A stretch of DNA of 64,000 nucleotides, taken from the NCBI RefSeq assembly GCF_963921235.1, contig NC_086097.1, positions 101,620,001 to 101,684,000 of the forward strand, read 5' to 3'. Both the position numbers and the translations under genes were made by a program. The DNA comes from Mobula hypostoma. Its lineage: Eukaryota. The notes beneath the pieces are model-generated. The model saw only the letters and a list, made by a program, of their open reading frames with translations. It did no database searches and was not told where the DNA came from. Shown piece after piece: positions 38,398 to 51,900 of this stretch; within the stretch, counting starts at the first letter, position 1; each line of letters begins with the position of its first letter.

Positions 38398-41300
38398 TTT
38401 CTTTCTTTTTAAATCTTTTTATTGAGTAAGTATACAAAAAAGGTAAGCCATATAAACATTAATACAATGTTAAAGTATAATAAAATTCCCAAAGATAACA
38501 ATACCAAAAAGAAAATACTACAAACAATGTAATTTAAGCATAAGAAACCAAGATAACATAATAGTATACTAAATTTTATATATATCAATGGAAAAAAAGA
38601 AAAAAAAAACCCCAAAAAAAAACCCACCGTGCAGCTAACTAAAAGCAAAGCAAAGCAATGGGCTAACTTGAAACCAAACAGAGTTAAACTTAAAATCACG
38701 TCCTCAATCCCGACCTCCATTAAAACAGTGAAAAAAAAAACAAGAAGGGTAAATATTACATTAAATGAAAATATCGAATAAAAGGTCCCCAAATCTGTTC
38801 AAATTTAAATGAAGAATCATAAAGGTTACTTCTAATTTTCTCCAAATTCAAACATAAAATCGTCTGAGAAAACCAAAAAAAGGTAGTTGGAGCATTAAGC
38901 TCTTTCCAATGTTGTAAAATACATCTTTTCGCCATTAAAGTAAGAAATGCAATCATTCTACGGGCTGAAGGGGAAAGATTACTAGAAATTTTAGGTAGTC
39001 CAAAGATAGCAGTAATAGGGTGAGGAGAGATATCTATATTTAATACCTTAGAAATAATATTGAAAATATCTCTCCAAAAAGTTTCCAAAGTAGGGCAAGA
39101 CCAAAACATATGAGTTAAAGAGGCTATCTGCCCCGAACATCTATCACAGAAAGGATTAATATGCGAGTAAAAACGCGCTAACTTATCTTTGGACATATGT
39201 GCTCTATGAACCACTTTAAATTGAATTAGGGAATGTTTAGCACAAATAGAGGAAGTATTAACTAATTGTAAAATCTGCCCCCAATCATCCACAGAAATGG
39301 TAAGCCCCAATTCCTGTTCCCAATCTACCCTAATCTTATCAAATGGAGCTTTCCTAAGTTTCATAATAATATTATAAATCATAGCCGATGCACCTTTCTG
39401 ACATGGATTAAGGTTAATTATCGAATCTAAAATATATATAGGAGGAAGCATTGGAAAGGAAGAAAGTATAGTACTTAGGAAATTTCTAACTTGTAAATAT
39501 CTAAAAAAATGTATTCTTGATAAGTTATATTTATTAGATAATTGTTCAAAAGACATAAGGGAACCATCTAAAAATAAATCCAAAAACCGTAAAATACCCT
39601 TAGTCTTCCAAGTTTGAAAAGCGCGATCCGTAAAAGAGGGAGGAAAAAATATGTTACCTAAAATAGGAATCGCTAACCCGAATTGATTAAGATCAAAAAA
39701 TTTTCTGAATTGAAACCAAATACGCAAAGCATATTTAACTATCGGGTTAGAGACCTGCTTAAGGCGTTTCGAATCAAAAGGAAGAGAGGAACCTAAAATA
39801 GAACCAAGTGTATAACCCTGAACAGATTGTAATTCCAATGCTACCCATTTAGGAATAGATAGTATGTCCCGGTCAAGTAACCAAAATTTCATATGTCGAA
39901 TATTAATAGCCCAATAATAAAATCTAAAGTTAGGTAATGCTAAACCTCCATCTCTCTTAGCTTTCTGTAAATGTATTTTACCCAGTCTCGGATTCTTATT
40001 CTGCCAAATAAATGAAGAAATTTTAGAGTCAACTTTATCAAAAAAAGATTTAGGAACGAAAATTGGTAATGCCTGAAACACATATAAAAATTTTGGCAAA
40101 AAAAACATCTTAACTGCATTAATACGACCAATCAAAGTTAAATATAAGGGAAACCATTTAGATGAAAGTTGAGTAATATGGTCTATTAATGGTAAAAAGT
40201 TAGTCTTAAATAAATCTTTATGTTTACAAGTAATTTTAATCCCAAGATATGAAAAGTAATTATTAATCAATTTAAATGGAAATTTATAATATAAGGGAAG
40301 ATGTTTATTAATCGGAAAAAGTTCACTCTTACTAAGATTTAATTTATAACCTGAGAAAAGACCAAATTGTGCTAATAACTCTAAAACAGCAGGAATGGAT
40401 CTCTCAGGATTAGAAATATATAAAAGTAAATCATCAGCATAGAGTGATAATTTATGGGACTTTAATCCCCGAGTTATCCCAGTAATATTTGAAGATTCTC
40501 GAATAGCAATTGCAAGAGGTTCTAATGCAATATCAAATAATAGGGGACTAAGAGGACAGCCTTGTCGAGTACCACGAAAGAGAGGAAAAAAAGGTGAGTT
40601 TAAAGAGTTAGTACGAACCGAGGCTACAGGGGAGTGATATAACAGTTTAATCCAGGATATAAATTTCAAGCTAAAATTAAACATTTCAAGCACCTTAAAT
40701 AAATAAGGCCATTCTACTCTATCAAAAGCTTTCTCGGCATCTAAAGAAATAACACACTCAGGAACATTTTGTGAGGGAGTATAAACGATATTTAACAATG
40801 TACGAATATTATAAAAAGAGTAACGACCTTTAATAAAACCCGTTTGGTCTTCCAAAATAATAGAAGGAAGTACTTTTTCTAGTCTATTTGCTAATAACTT
40901 AGAAAAAACTTTAGAATCAACATTTAATAAAGATATTGGTCTATAAGATGCACATTGAGCAGGGTCTTTATCCTTCTTTAGTATTAAAGAAATTGATGCT
41001 CTATTAAAAGATTCCGGAAGTTTACCAAGTTTCAAAGAAGCCTCAAAAACCTTATAGAGCCAAGGAATCAATAAAGAAGCAAAACATTTATAAAATTCAA
41101 CGGTAAACCCATCAGGGCCAGGAGCTTTCCCCAGATTCATAGAAAAAATAACATTCTTAATCTCATCCATTGTAATGGAAGTATCTAATAAAGAAGACAT
41201 ATCCTGTGAAATCTGAGGGAAGTCTAACTTATCTAAAAAATCATTCATATATTTAGAATCTCGAGGAGACTCTGATTGATATAAAGAAGAATAAAAATCA

Positions 41301-42454
41301 CAAAAGGTTTGATTAATCCCCACATGATCCAATATCAATCGATCATTTTGGTTATAAATCTGATTGATTTGAGATTTAACATAATTAGATTTCAATTGAT
41401 TAGCCAGCAGCTTGCCAATTTTATCACTGTGAACATAAAAATCACTTCTTGTTTTCTTTAATTGGTTTACAATCGAGGACGAGAGTAGTAAACTGTGTTC
41501 CATTTGAAGTTCAGTTCTTTGTTTCTATAGCTCCTCAGAAGGAGCCATAACATATTTCTTATCAATTTCTTTAATCTTGTCCACAATTGCCATCTCCTCC
41601 TGCTTCTGTTTCTTCCTCAAAGCAACGGAATACGAAATAATCTGACCCCGAATATAGGCTTTAAAAGTGTCCCAAAGAGTGTTAACCGAAATATCTTCTG
41701 TATGGTTAATTGTAAAAAAAAGCTCAATCTGTTCATTCATAAAATTAACAAAGTCCGAGTCCTGAAGCAACAGCGAATTAAAACGCCATTGTCTATTGTT
41801 TGGTATATTGGCCATAATTTTAATAGAAAGCTTAAGTGGAGCATGATCCGAAATGGTTATAGAATCATAATCACATTTAATCACTGAAGGAATGAGACGA
41901 GAATCAATGAAAAAATAATCAATTCTTGAATAGGAATGATGAACATGTGAAAAGAAGGAAAAATCTTTTTCCTGAGGATGCAGAAAACGCCAAATGTCCG
42001 TCGACCCAGAATCAGAAAGGAAAAAATTAATCAAATTTGCAGATTTATTAGGTAAAGTCCGTAAAGGAGCCGAACGGTCCAAAGCTGGAGATAAACAGGT
42101 ATTAAGATCTCCGCCCCAAATCAATGAAAACTCGTTCAAATTCGGAAACTGATCAAACAATGATTTATAAAATTCCGGACAATCCATATTAGGAGCATAA
42201 ACATTAACCAAAACTACTTTTTTATTAAATAGTAAACCACTAACCAATAAAAATCTACCATTCGGATCAGAGATAATATCCTGTTGTATAAAAGTAACTG
42301 AGGAATCTATAAAAATAGAGACGCCTCGAATCTTAGCATTGGAGTTCGAATGAAATTGTTGTCCCTTCCAGAATTTGAAAAAACGTAGTCTGTCCCCCCT
42401 CCGTACATGGGTCTCTTGTAAAAATAAAATTTGTGCTTTAAGTCTCCGGAACAA
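38398..42454 (-). mobile_element. L1-clade LINE, 5'-truncated, nearly complete ORF2 (APE, RT, CCHC) with one in-frame stop
   Basis: ORFs 41525..42454 and 38756..41503 share a frame and are separated by one TAG; LQETH, GGDLN, SDH, YADD, C-x2-C...H-x4-C; A-rich tail; 11-bp TSD TATTGACTGCT (38387-38397, 42455-42465). Confidence 0.96.
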
Positions 42455-42614
42455 TATTGACTGCTAATAGCGTGAATTGTGTAGTATTGTTGTATTTTAA
42501 TGATGTGATACTATTATCACTGAATAAACCTTCTCTGTAAAAGGAACAAAGGACTCTTTATGTTGCAAGCAAGTCTCAGAACGAAACCTTGGAGACTACC
42601 TGTGTTAAATTTAA

Positions 42615-43597
42615 GGCTACGTCCACACTACGCCGGATAATTTTGAAAACAAAGCTTTTTCTCTTTGTTTTGACCTTCCGTTCACACTGAAAAGGCTTTT
42701 TCAGCCCCCGAAAATGGAGATTTTCAGAAATGGTCTCCAGAGTGAATAAACCTGAAAACGCCTAATATCCGTCGCAGTGTGTACGGGGTAACCAGAGCTT
42801 TTTAAAACCGCTGTCATGACGTGCCGGAACAGATGGCGACAGCGCGGCATTTCATTGTTTTCTTCTTATTATTCTTATTATTATTACTACTTTATTGTCG
42901 CCAAACAATTGATACTAGAGCGTACAATCATCACAGCGATATTTGATTCTGCGCTTCGCAGAACCTAACAATTTCAGAACAGATGGCAACGAGACTGAAG
43001 CCAGAAGAGGTAAAAATGTACTCACCAAATACTTTGACCCATAGCTTACTGAAGAAACAAGTATACTCACTTTGCCCTGTTTTCTGTCCTTGCTCGTATG
43101 AAGGTGCTTTACCTATTTATGCAAGTACTTCTCTGACAATAGATGTGTAACAGCCTAATGTAACATTGTATGGAAATACAAGATAACACTGATGCAGACA
43201 TGTTTTATACATTTAACAAGGTGCCTTATTAATGCAACAGAGTTAGTCAGTTTTCCAGTGTTTGTCATCAGCCGGGTCATACTGTCCGTGAATTCCCTGT
43301 CGGTCACCTCCATATGGTCCAGTATTTGTTTTTTTTAGTTTTAAGTCCTCCTGCGCGAGAGCCAAGAGCAATTCCTTTTAAGTTTTTCTACTTTGTAACT
43401 GGACAAACACGCACTAAGTATACCATTTCCTCTTCACTTGTTGTCTGTGTGTCCTGCACATGCCCATAGGAGGAGATTAGCCCGAATATCCGTCTAATGT
43501 GGACAGAGATATTTTGAAAAACGCTTAGTGTGGATGCCTATCGTTTTTACTCGAAACCGGCGTTTTCAAAATTATCCAGCGTAGTGTAGACATAGCC
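42615..43597. mobile_element. Non-autonomous PIF/Harbinger-like DNA transposon, 983 bp
   Basis: TIRs GGCTACGTCCACACTACGCCGGATAATTTTGAAAAC / GTTTTCAAAATTATCCAGCGTAGTGTAGACATAGCC; TAA TSD on both sides; sits in a CR1 fragment. Confidence 0.85.
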
Positions 43598-44304
43598 TAA
43601 GAGGAAAGACTGCATACACTGTGGTTGTTTCCTCTGTAACAAAGATGGCTATTGGCAAACTTGGTTGAGGTGTATAAAATGATGAGGGATTTGGGAAATA
43701 AAGCTAAATTCAACATTAATATCCAATGTTACATTAAACAACATGAGCTTGGGCCCCTTCTCCCAAAACTGACTGTAGCCCATTTTTTGGACCTAAAGCA
43801 TTGTGGGCCCCTTCCACATTTAAAGCAACCTTCTATTTGATGAAAATGGATGACCAAGTTTAGCCCCATCTGCAATATCAGGATATCCCAAAATATTTTG
43901 CAGCCAATGGACAACAGGCACCTCTGAGGCAACCTTAGTGAGATTAGTTCGTGGGCAAATATTCAGCAGGGCACCAAGGTGTGGGCTTCATTATGTCATC
44001 GTGAAACCAGGTCCTTCAGCCCAACTCATCCGTGCTGACCACCAAGTCAGTCCCATTTGCACAGGTCTGGCCCACATCTCTTTCAACCTCTCATTCATGT
44101 ACCTATCCAAATGTCTTTGAAATGTTGCTAATCTACCACTTCTTCCAGCTGCCCCTTCCATGCAGCACCCTCTGTGTGAAGACGTTTCTCTGTCACTTTA
44201 AATTTATGCCCCCTAGTTTATAGTTCCCTTCCATGGGAACAGAAATCTATCTAATGTGTGTTTACACTATCTGTACCCCTCATTATTTTATACACCATAA
44301 AGTG

Positions 44305-47300
44305 CAATAATAATAATAAGTATTTCATTGATCCCGAGTGGGAAATTCTTTCACTACAGCAGTAATATTTAAAAACACACTTAGCAGTGTGCAGACTTAA
44401 CTAATAATAAAATATAGAACAATAATACACATAATAATAATGTACTAATGTGCAATAATAATGAATGAAATTTTAAAAAGAGACTATTGTACTATGATGT
44501 GTGTTCTCCTGTCACATGCAGATGAACTGTTGTATATGCTTATTGCATTTGGTAGGGCAGATTTTCTGTAACGATCCCTGTGACAGTGGAGATGAAAGAG
44601 CCTGTTCAAAAGGGTGCTTCTGCTGCTTATTCAGTACGTCATGGAGAGGAGATGCCAGATTGTCCATAATGGATAACAGTTTAGTGACCTCCTCTCCACC
44701 ACTAATTCAAAAAAGTCCAGTTTGTAGCCAAGGAGAGATCCAGTAGTTTCCATGAGTTTATTTAGAATTTTTGCATCGGATCATAGCCCAGTCTCTACGT
44801 CTCTAATCCTGGAAAGGAAAATGAGGAAAACACTATGGAGGCTAAACTCACATATACTCAATAACCTGAAAGTAATGGAGAGATTAAAGGGAGAAATCAA
44901 AGAATATCTAGACCTTAATGACACGGGAGAAACATCACTAGTGATTTTATGGGATACATTGAAAGCTGTACTGAGAGGGAAAATTATTTCCATTACTACT
45001 CACATGAAAAAAATCAATGCACAAAAATTAGCAGACCTTCAAGGAAAATTAAAACAACTTCAAGTTGTAGATAGCAACAAAAGTAATTCAAATCGAAAAC
45101 AGGAAATTAGGAAATTGCAAAGTGAAATTGATGATATTTATACGTTGGAAACTCAAAGAAATTTTCTTTACCTGAGACAAAAGAATTATGAAGTAGGAGG
45201 TAAATCAGCTAGATTATTAGCATATAAATTACGAAAACAACAAGCAGACAATACAATTCATAAAATAAAGAATCCAAAGACAAAGCTTGTGGAGAGTACA
45301 ATAGGGAAAATTCAAGAGAGTTTTGAAACATATTATTGAGAGCTGTACTCCCAACCCCGGGCCCCCAATGAGCCCTATATAGACAGTGTATTGAATTTTT
45401 TAGATCTACCTAAACTTACAGATTTACAAAATGAAAGTTTATTAGAACCAGTAACTGTCAAAGAACTGAACGTGGCCATCTCTAGGTTAAAGGCTGGAAA
45501 GTCCCCGGGCTCTGATGGGTTTACCTCAGAGTGGTACAAATCCCTGAAGACACAGTTAGCCCCATTACTACTTAACACCTTTAATTGGATCTTGCAGAGA
45601 GGAGAAACTCCACCTTCCTGGAGAGAAGCGATTATTTCAGTTATTCCTAAAGAGGGTAAAGATAAACTAGAATGTGGCAATTATCGGCCAATTAGTGTTC
45701 TTAATTTAGATTACAAACTATTTACATCTATATTAGCGTGCAGATTGGAAAAGCTTTTACCTGGCCTAATCCATTTAGACCAGACTGGATTTATTCAACA
45801 AAGACAAACACAGGACAACATAAGGAGAACTCTGCACATATTAGAACAGGTTAATAAGAACGAGACAGAGACAATGGTAGTAGGATTGGACGCTGAGAAA
45901 GCTTTTGATTCCGTTAGTTGGGCATTCCTATACAGAGTGTTAGGAAGATTCGGCTTTCAAGAAAGGTTTATTAAAGTAATTCAGACTCTATATGACAGCC
46001 CGACAGCCCGAATTAAGATAAATGGGGACCTCTCTGACTCCTTCATTTTAGAGAGAGGCACTAGACAGGGATGCCCAATTTCTCCTCTCCTTTTTGCGCT
46101 ATATATTGAACCACTTGCCCAACTAATAAGACAGAGTGAAATCGTAAAAGGTATCAAGGTGGCAGGGATTGAACAGAAAGTGGCGTTATTCGCAGATGAT
46201 GTTTTGGTCTATCTGAGTGAACCAGAAAAATCATTTATAGGATTGTTTACACTGTTGGATGACTTTGGGAAAATATCAGGTTATAAAATAAATGTAAAGA
46301 AAACGCAGGTTATGTCCCTAAATTATACACCATCCAAAAAATTGCAGGATACATACGATCTTAAGTGGGAAGCTAAATCATTAAAATATTTAGGAATAAC
46401 CCTGCCGAAGGATCTTTCAACACTGTCACAGGTAAATTATGGGCCATTAATCTCAGAGATAAAAGCAGATATGCATAGATGGAATCTTATCCCCTTTTTA
46501 AGTTTAAATTCAAGGATAAATGCTATAAAAATGAATATTCTTCCTCGGTTATTGTATCTTTTCCGTACTTTACCAGTGGAGGTGGATGATAATCAATTCA
46601 GGGAATGGGACAAATGGATTTCCCGCTTCATTTGGCAAGGAAGGAAACCTAGAATTCGATATAACACCAGTTAGGGAAGGAAGGAGGAGGTATGGTTCTT
46701 CCTTGCCTGAGAAATTATTTTTATGCCTCACAGATAACCCCTCTGTTATATTGGTGTAATAGGGAATATAAGGCTAGATGGAAGGAAATAGAATTTGGAT
46801 TAGTTGACAGTTTTCCTCTTCAGGCCTCAATAGCTGACAAAGGATTGATGGCCCAGTTGGAAAAATTTAATAATGCTTGGATAAATCTTACATTAAAAGT
46901 ATGGCAGAAGGTGGTTAATTCATGTGGAATTAATAACATGTTAAAACTCTTTAGATGGTGTGCATATGATACCGAATTCCTTCCCAACAGAGGAGATAAA
47001 AGATTTGAGCTATGGATAAAGAAAGGTCTTACAACCTACCTCTCATTTATAGATAAAAGAGTATTACAAAGTTTCCAAATCCTGCAGGACAAACATGGCC
47101 TAGAACATAACGACTTTTTTAGGTACCTTCAAATACGAAACTATGTTAACCAGAGTTGTAGATATACAGACCTATCAACAGTAGAATTAGAATTTTTCAA
47201 GATTCTGAATTCGGCTTGCAGTTCAATACCTAGTAAATCAGTTTCTCGCCTATATAATGCACTCTCCCATGCTAAAAATGTAAATACACTGTATATTAAA

Positions 47301-48870
47301 GAGAAGTGGGAGAAAGAAGCGGGGTTGGTACTTTCAGAGGAGGCTTGGGGGAAAATCTGCTGCTTTCAATGGTCCTCGACTAATTCTTTGACTTGGAGAG
47401 AACATTGTTGGAAAAACATTGTAAGATACTTCAAGACCCCATATCAAGAAAAATATAAAGATACAAATGTGATGTGTTGGAGAAGGTGCGGCTCCAAGGA
47501 GGCAAATCATTTTCATATTTTCTGGGATTGCCCTAAATTAAGTCTATTTTGGGAAGGTATTCATAGAACATTAGTTAAGGTACTTAGGTCCCAGATACCT
47601 CTGAACTTTGAGACGCTCTATTTGGGGCATGTATTGTTCCTTGAACAGAAGGAAGATATAAAGTTGCTGCAGGCCCTCTTAGCGGCAAGTAAGAAATCAA
47701 TCACTAGAAAATAGCTAAATCCAATACCACCTACATTAGAAGATTGGTACGAAATTATCTTGGAAATATTTAAAATGGAAAAGATGACTTACTCCCTGAG
47801 AACTCAAAAAGAAACATTTTATCAAATCTGGAATAAATGGATTGAATATATAACCCCAATGCGAGCAGACTTTAGATGACTCTCCTAATGATTTATATTG
47901 CTCTTCTCATCAACACAGTAATATTGCTAACGTAAGCACCCCTAGTCTAAATGTTTGTTTTTTTTTGGAAGATAGAGAATTAACACAAGTAAAGGGAAAG
48001 ATTTGGGAAAGGGATAAAAAAAAATGAAAAAATTAAGTAAATAAGTACATAGGGATTGGATAATTATGTCTGCGGGCAGGAACAAGCACGAACAAATTGG
48101 GATATAAACACCTACAATGGTTGGTATATAGGCTTGTATGCAACATTTTGGACCAGTGGAAATGGTCCAGAAGGGTTGTATGGAAACTATTATTACCATT
48201 TTTCTTAACAACTAATTTCATTACTTAGCCTAATAGGTTAGATTTACCACAGTACATAATTATCTATTTAAATGTTTATTTTGCTTTTATATCATCTCAA
48301 TGTGTACTTAAGAATGTATAAATAATTGTAGTTTTATACATATAAAAAAATGGAAAAGGTTATATGTGTGAAAAAAGTACATGATAATTGTGAATTCCTT
48401 ATCCAAAAAAAAATAAAATTAAAAAAAAAAGAATTTTTGCATCACCAGCATAAAGCTGCAAAGAAGACTACACTGGCTACAACAGACTGGTAAAAGACCT
48501 CCAACATCCTGCTGCACACATTGGAGGGTCTCAGCTTCCTTAGAAAATATTCTTTGCTCATTCCCTTCTTGTAAACAGACTTGGTGTTGGTTTTCCATTC
48601 AAGTCTATTCTCAAGGTGAACTTCCAAGTATTTGTACTCCTCCATGATTGCAACTTCTTCTCCCAGAGTGTATACAGGACTCATCACAGTCCTCTTCCTC
48701 CTAAAATCAATCACCAACTGCCTGGTTTTGGCCTCACTCAGGAGCAGGTGGATTCTTCCCACACCACACCACAAACTTGTCCACCACTCCTCTGTACTCT
48801 GACTCCTGCCCATCTCTAATACACACAACCACCACAGAGTCATCAGAAAAGAACTTCTGCAAGTGGCCCC
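44305..48870 (-). mobile_element. Rex/L2-type LINE 3' fragment (44305-44763 and 48444-48870) split by an L1 insertion
   Basis: ORF 48442..48843 YKYLEVHLENRLEW...FLRKLR...FYQSVVASVVFFA; continues left of 44764 to an (ATT)n tail. Confidence 0.75.
44778..48429 (+). mobile_element. Second L1-clade LINE family, 5'-truncated ORF2 with 2 stops and 1 frameshift, poly(A) tail
   Basis: SDH, KSPGSDGF, YRPISVLN, LDAEKAFD, FADD, CWRRCG...HIFWDC; AATAAA and poly(A); 14-bp TSD AGAATTTTTGCATC (44764-44777, 48430-48443). Confidence 0.95.
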
Positions 48871-48976
48871 AAGGACTACAATCCCAGCCTGCTCAATCTC
48901 TCCCTATAACTCTGGCCCACAAGTCCTGGCCGCATTCTCCTAAATCCTCTCTGCCTTCTTTCCAGTTCAATATAAT

Positions 48977-51900
48977 TGTAGGGTAATATAATGGGAGAAA
49001 TGTACATAATTCACAACCACCAACATTGACTTGGGGTTTCACTTTAAGAAGCTGCTCTGACATGACCACATTTTTAGGTAAAGAGTTTTGGCATGCTTCT
49101 GTGTGTAGGTTTTGGAGTTCGAAAAAATGTCTTACCAGTTTCATTATGTCTCATTTCATTTTATTTGCGAAAATCTCCATTGGTGACCACAATGCTCCAG
49201 GAAGATTCCTGAGTTATTGAACATGTCGACCTACACAGTCGCTTTGAAATTGCTGGGGGTTTGAGAACAAATTGCCATCACTTGGTTTGTACAAGCTGAG
49301 GCCCCGTCTGCTCTGTGAGAAATCACCATCGACTACACCAAATTTTACTACTTGGTAGTGTGTTACGAGAATACACATAAAATTAAGATGTTTGCTGGCC
49401 TGGGCTAGCATCAGTGGCATCAGCAGTTGGTCTGCCACCTGCCCTCAGGGGAAGGAGAGATAAGGAACAATGGAGCAGCGTCTGGAGATGTGTAATGAAG
49501 GGATGTGGGAGAGAGAGCTGTCTGGAGCGGCTCCCCCCTTTGAACCCTGAACTGTTTGAAGTGATGGACAGGCGATACCCCAGCAGGGGGATAAAAAGGG
49601 ACAGGTTCGCTAAGGCGACACACGCCACCCGAGGTAACGAGACCCTGGAAGCGGTGCGCCTCTCACGAGTGGGTGAGAAGTGCCAGACAACGACAAGGGT
49701 GGAAAGGTACGATCAGCGGGAACCCAGTGTGTGTCCGCCCTTGCCTGGGTGCCGGGTTCACTGCAGAGGATCGACCGCATCTGGAGGAGGGGTCACAGTC
49801 GGTGACCTCAGGTGACATCACCAAGGACCCGCCCAAATGCTGTTTGTGAGCCATCTCGCTGGTCTGTGAGTGAAGCCGTTCTGAATGATCAGTTGTTCCT
49901 GTTCTCTCTGTCTCTTCCCCCACCTTGTCCATCGCCATGGCAACGATTACTGCGAACTGAACTACTAACTGGACTGAACTTTGAGTCATTTTGAAATTGG
50001 TCATTTACCCCTAGACAACGATAGAGCTTGATTGATGCTGTTATCTTAATTCTGTGCACATGTGTGGTTATCATTGTTGAATTGTTGCATTTATTATCCT
50101 TTCGATTACTGTGTTGCTTGTTTCTTTAATAAAACTTTCTTAGTTCTAGTACTCCAGACTCCAACTGAGTGATCCATTTCTGCTGGTTTGGCAACCCAGT
50201 TACGGGGTACGTAACAAGTGTCTCTCAGCAATTCCACAGCCTGCGACAGTAGTGAGTCTACTTGAACAGCTACCTGAACAGGATAAATGCCAATCACTGA
50301 AAGCTCACCTTTTGTACTAACAGAATCCAAGCACGCTAAACAGTTGCTCTTCCTACCCAGTCTAGGAGACGCTAGGCCTTCGGAGCAAATGGACTACATG
50401 CCACCTCTCCTGGGAAATCATCGTCCTTGTTTTAGTTTTAAAGAACTCTTCATGCAGCAAGTGCCTGACCAAGTTTGCATAGCCCTCACTAATGCACCCG
50501 TGATGGACTATAGGGAGCTTGCTAAGATGGCTGATGGTCTGCACTCAGCCAGGCAGTGGTGCATCATTCCTCCTCCTTTCTCTCCCTCAATAAGCCCGGT
50601 CAGCAAGGCTCCCAACATAAGGATGCCGTGTCTGAGAGACAGACCATGCCAAGCCTGTGTTTTTACCACACTTGGTTTGGTACAAATGCTAGAAAGTGCC
50701 GAGCTCCTTGCAGCTTTGACAGTGCTACTGCATCAGGCCATCAGAGGTCTGTGAACACTGTGGGTTCCAGCTGGCAGGGTCGTCTACTGTTCATTACAGA
50801 CACCCTTTCAGGGTGATGCTTCCTGTGTAACACGGGTGCTGAAGTGATTGTGCTGTCGGCATCATCTATTGATGAGAAGACAAAGAGCGACGAAACCTCG
50901 CTGGAGACCTCCAACAGCAGCAGGATCCAGACTTACAGGACACGATGGGTGACGCTCTGCTTCAGTAGGTAACGTTACACATGGGACTTCATCCTCGCTG
51001 AACTGACTAGACCTCTGCTCGGTGCAGATTTCCTGTGTGCCCAAGGACTGTTGTTCGATCTGAAGAACTGCCGGCTTGTGGATGTCAAGGACTTTGTGTC
51101 GTTACCCGGCTCCCCCAGTAAGTTCCCCACAACGACCCTGTCAAGCACATGCACCACTGCATGTGAGTTTACTCGACTGCTGAGTGAACTCCCAGACCTC
51201 AGCAAGCCCACATTCTCCACTACAGTCACAAAACATGGGGTCATGCCCATTCCCACAACTGGCTCACCAGTCCTTGCTGTGCGCATAGACTGGACCCAGA
51301 AAAGCTGGCAACCACGAAGGCTGAGTTTGTCAACATGGAGAGACTTGGCATTGTACACCGGTCGAATAGCCCCTGGGGTTCACCCCTCTGCACGGTCCCC
51401 AAGTCCAATGGTGGTTGCAGGGCACGTGGTGATCACCGATGCTTTAACGAGTCCACCACCCCCGATTGTCACCCAGTCCCACACATCTAAGACTTTACTC
51501 CATGTTTAATCAGAAAGTTAATTTTTTCCAAAGTCGATCTAGTTAGGGGTTACCCTCAGGTGCCGGTGTGCTTGGAGGACATTCCCAAAACAACTATGAT
51601 AACCCCGTTTGGCCTTGTTCAGTTTCTGTGCGTGCCATTTGGACTGAAAAATGCAGCACAGACTTTCCAATGGCTGATGGACTCCAAGACTTAGATGTTC
51701 TTTTTGTTTACCCACATGACATACTTGCCCCAGTGCATCCAAATCTGAACACGTATCTCATCTCCGTACTTTTCCAGTCCTTAAGCCAGCACGGGTTGAT
51801 TATTAACCCTGCTAAATTCCAGTCTGGGTTGCAACCATTGATTTTCTCAGCCATCACATCTCCGCAGAAGGTGTGAAACACCTTTCAAAGGTAGACATTA

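Noticed and set aside
38409..38792. Hydrophobic 127-aa ORF as a membrane protein (also 56468..56728)
   Set aside because: Translation of the T-rich L1 3' UTR.
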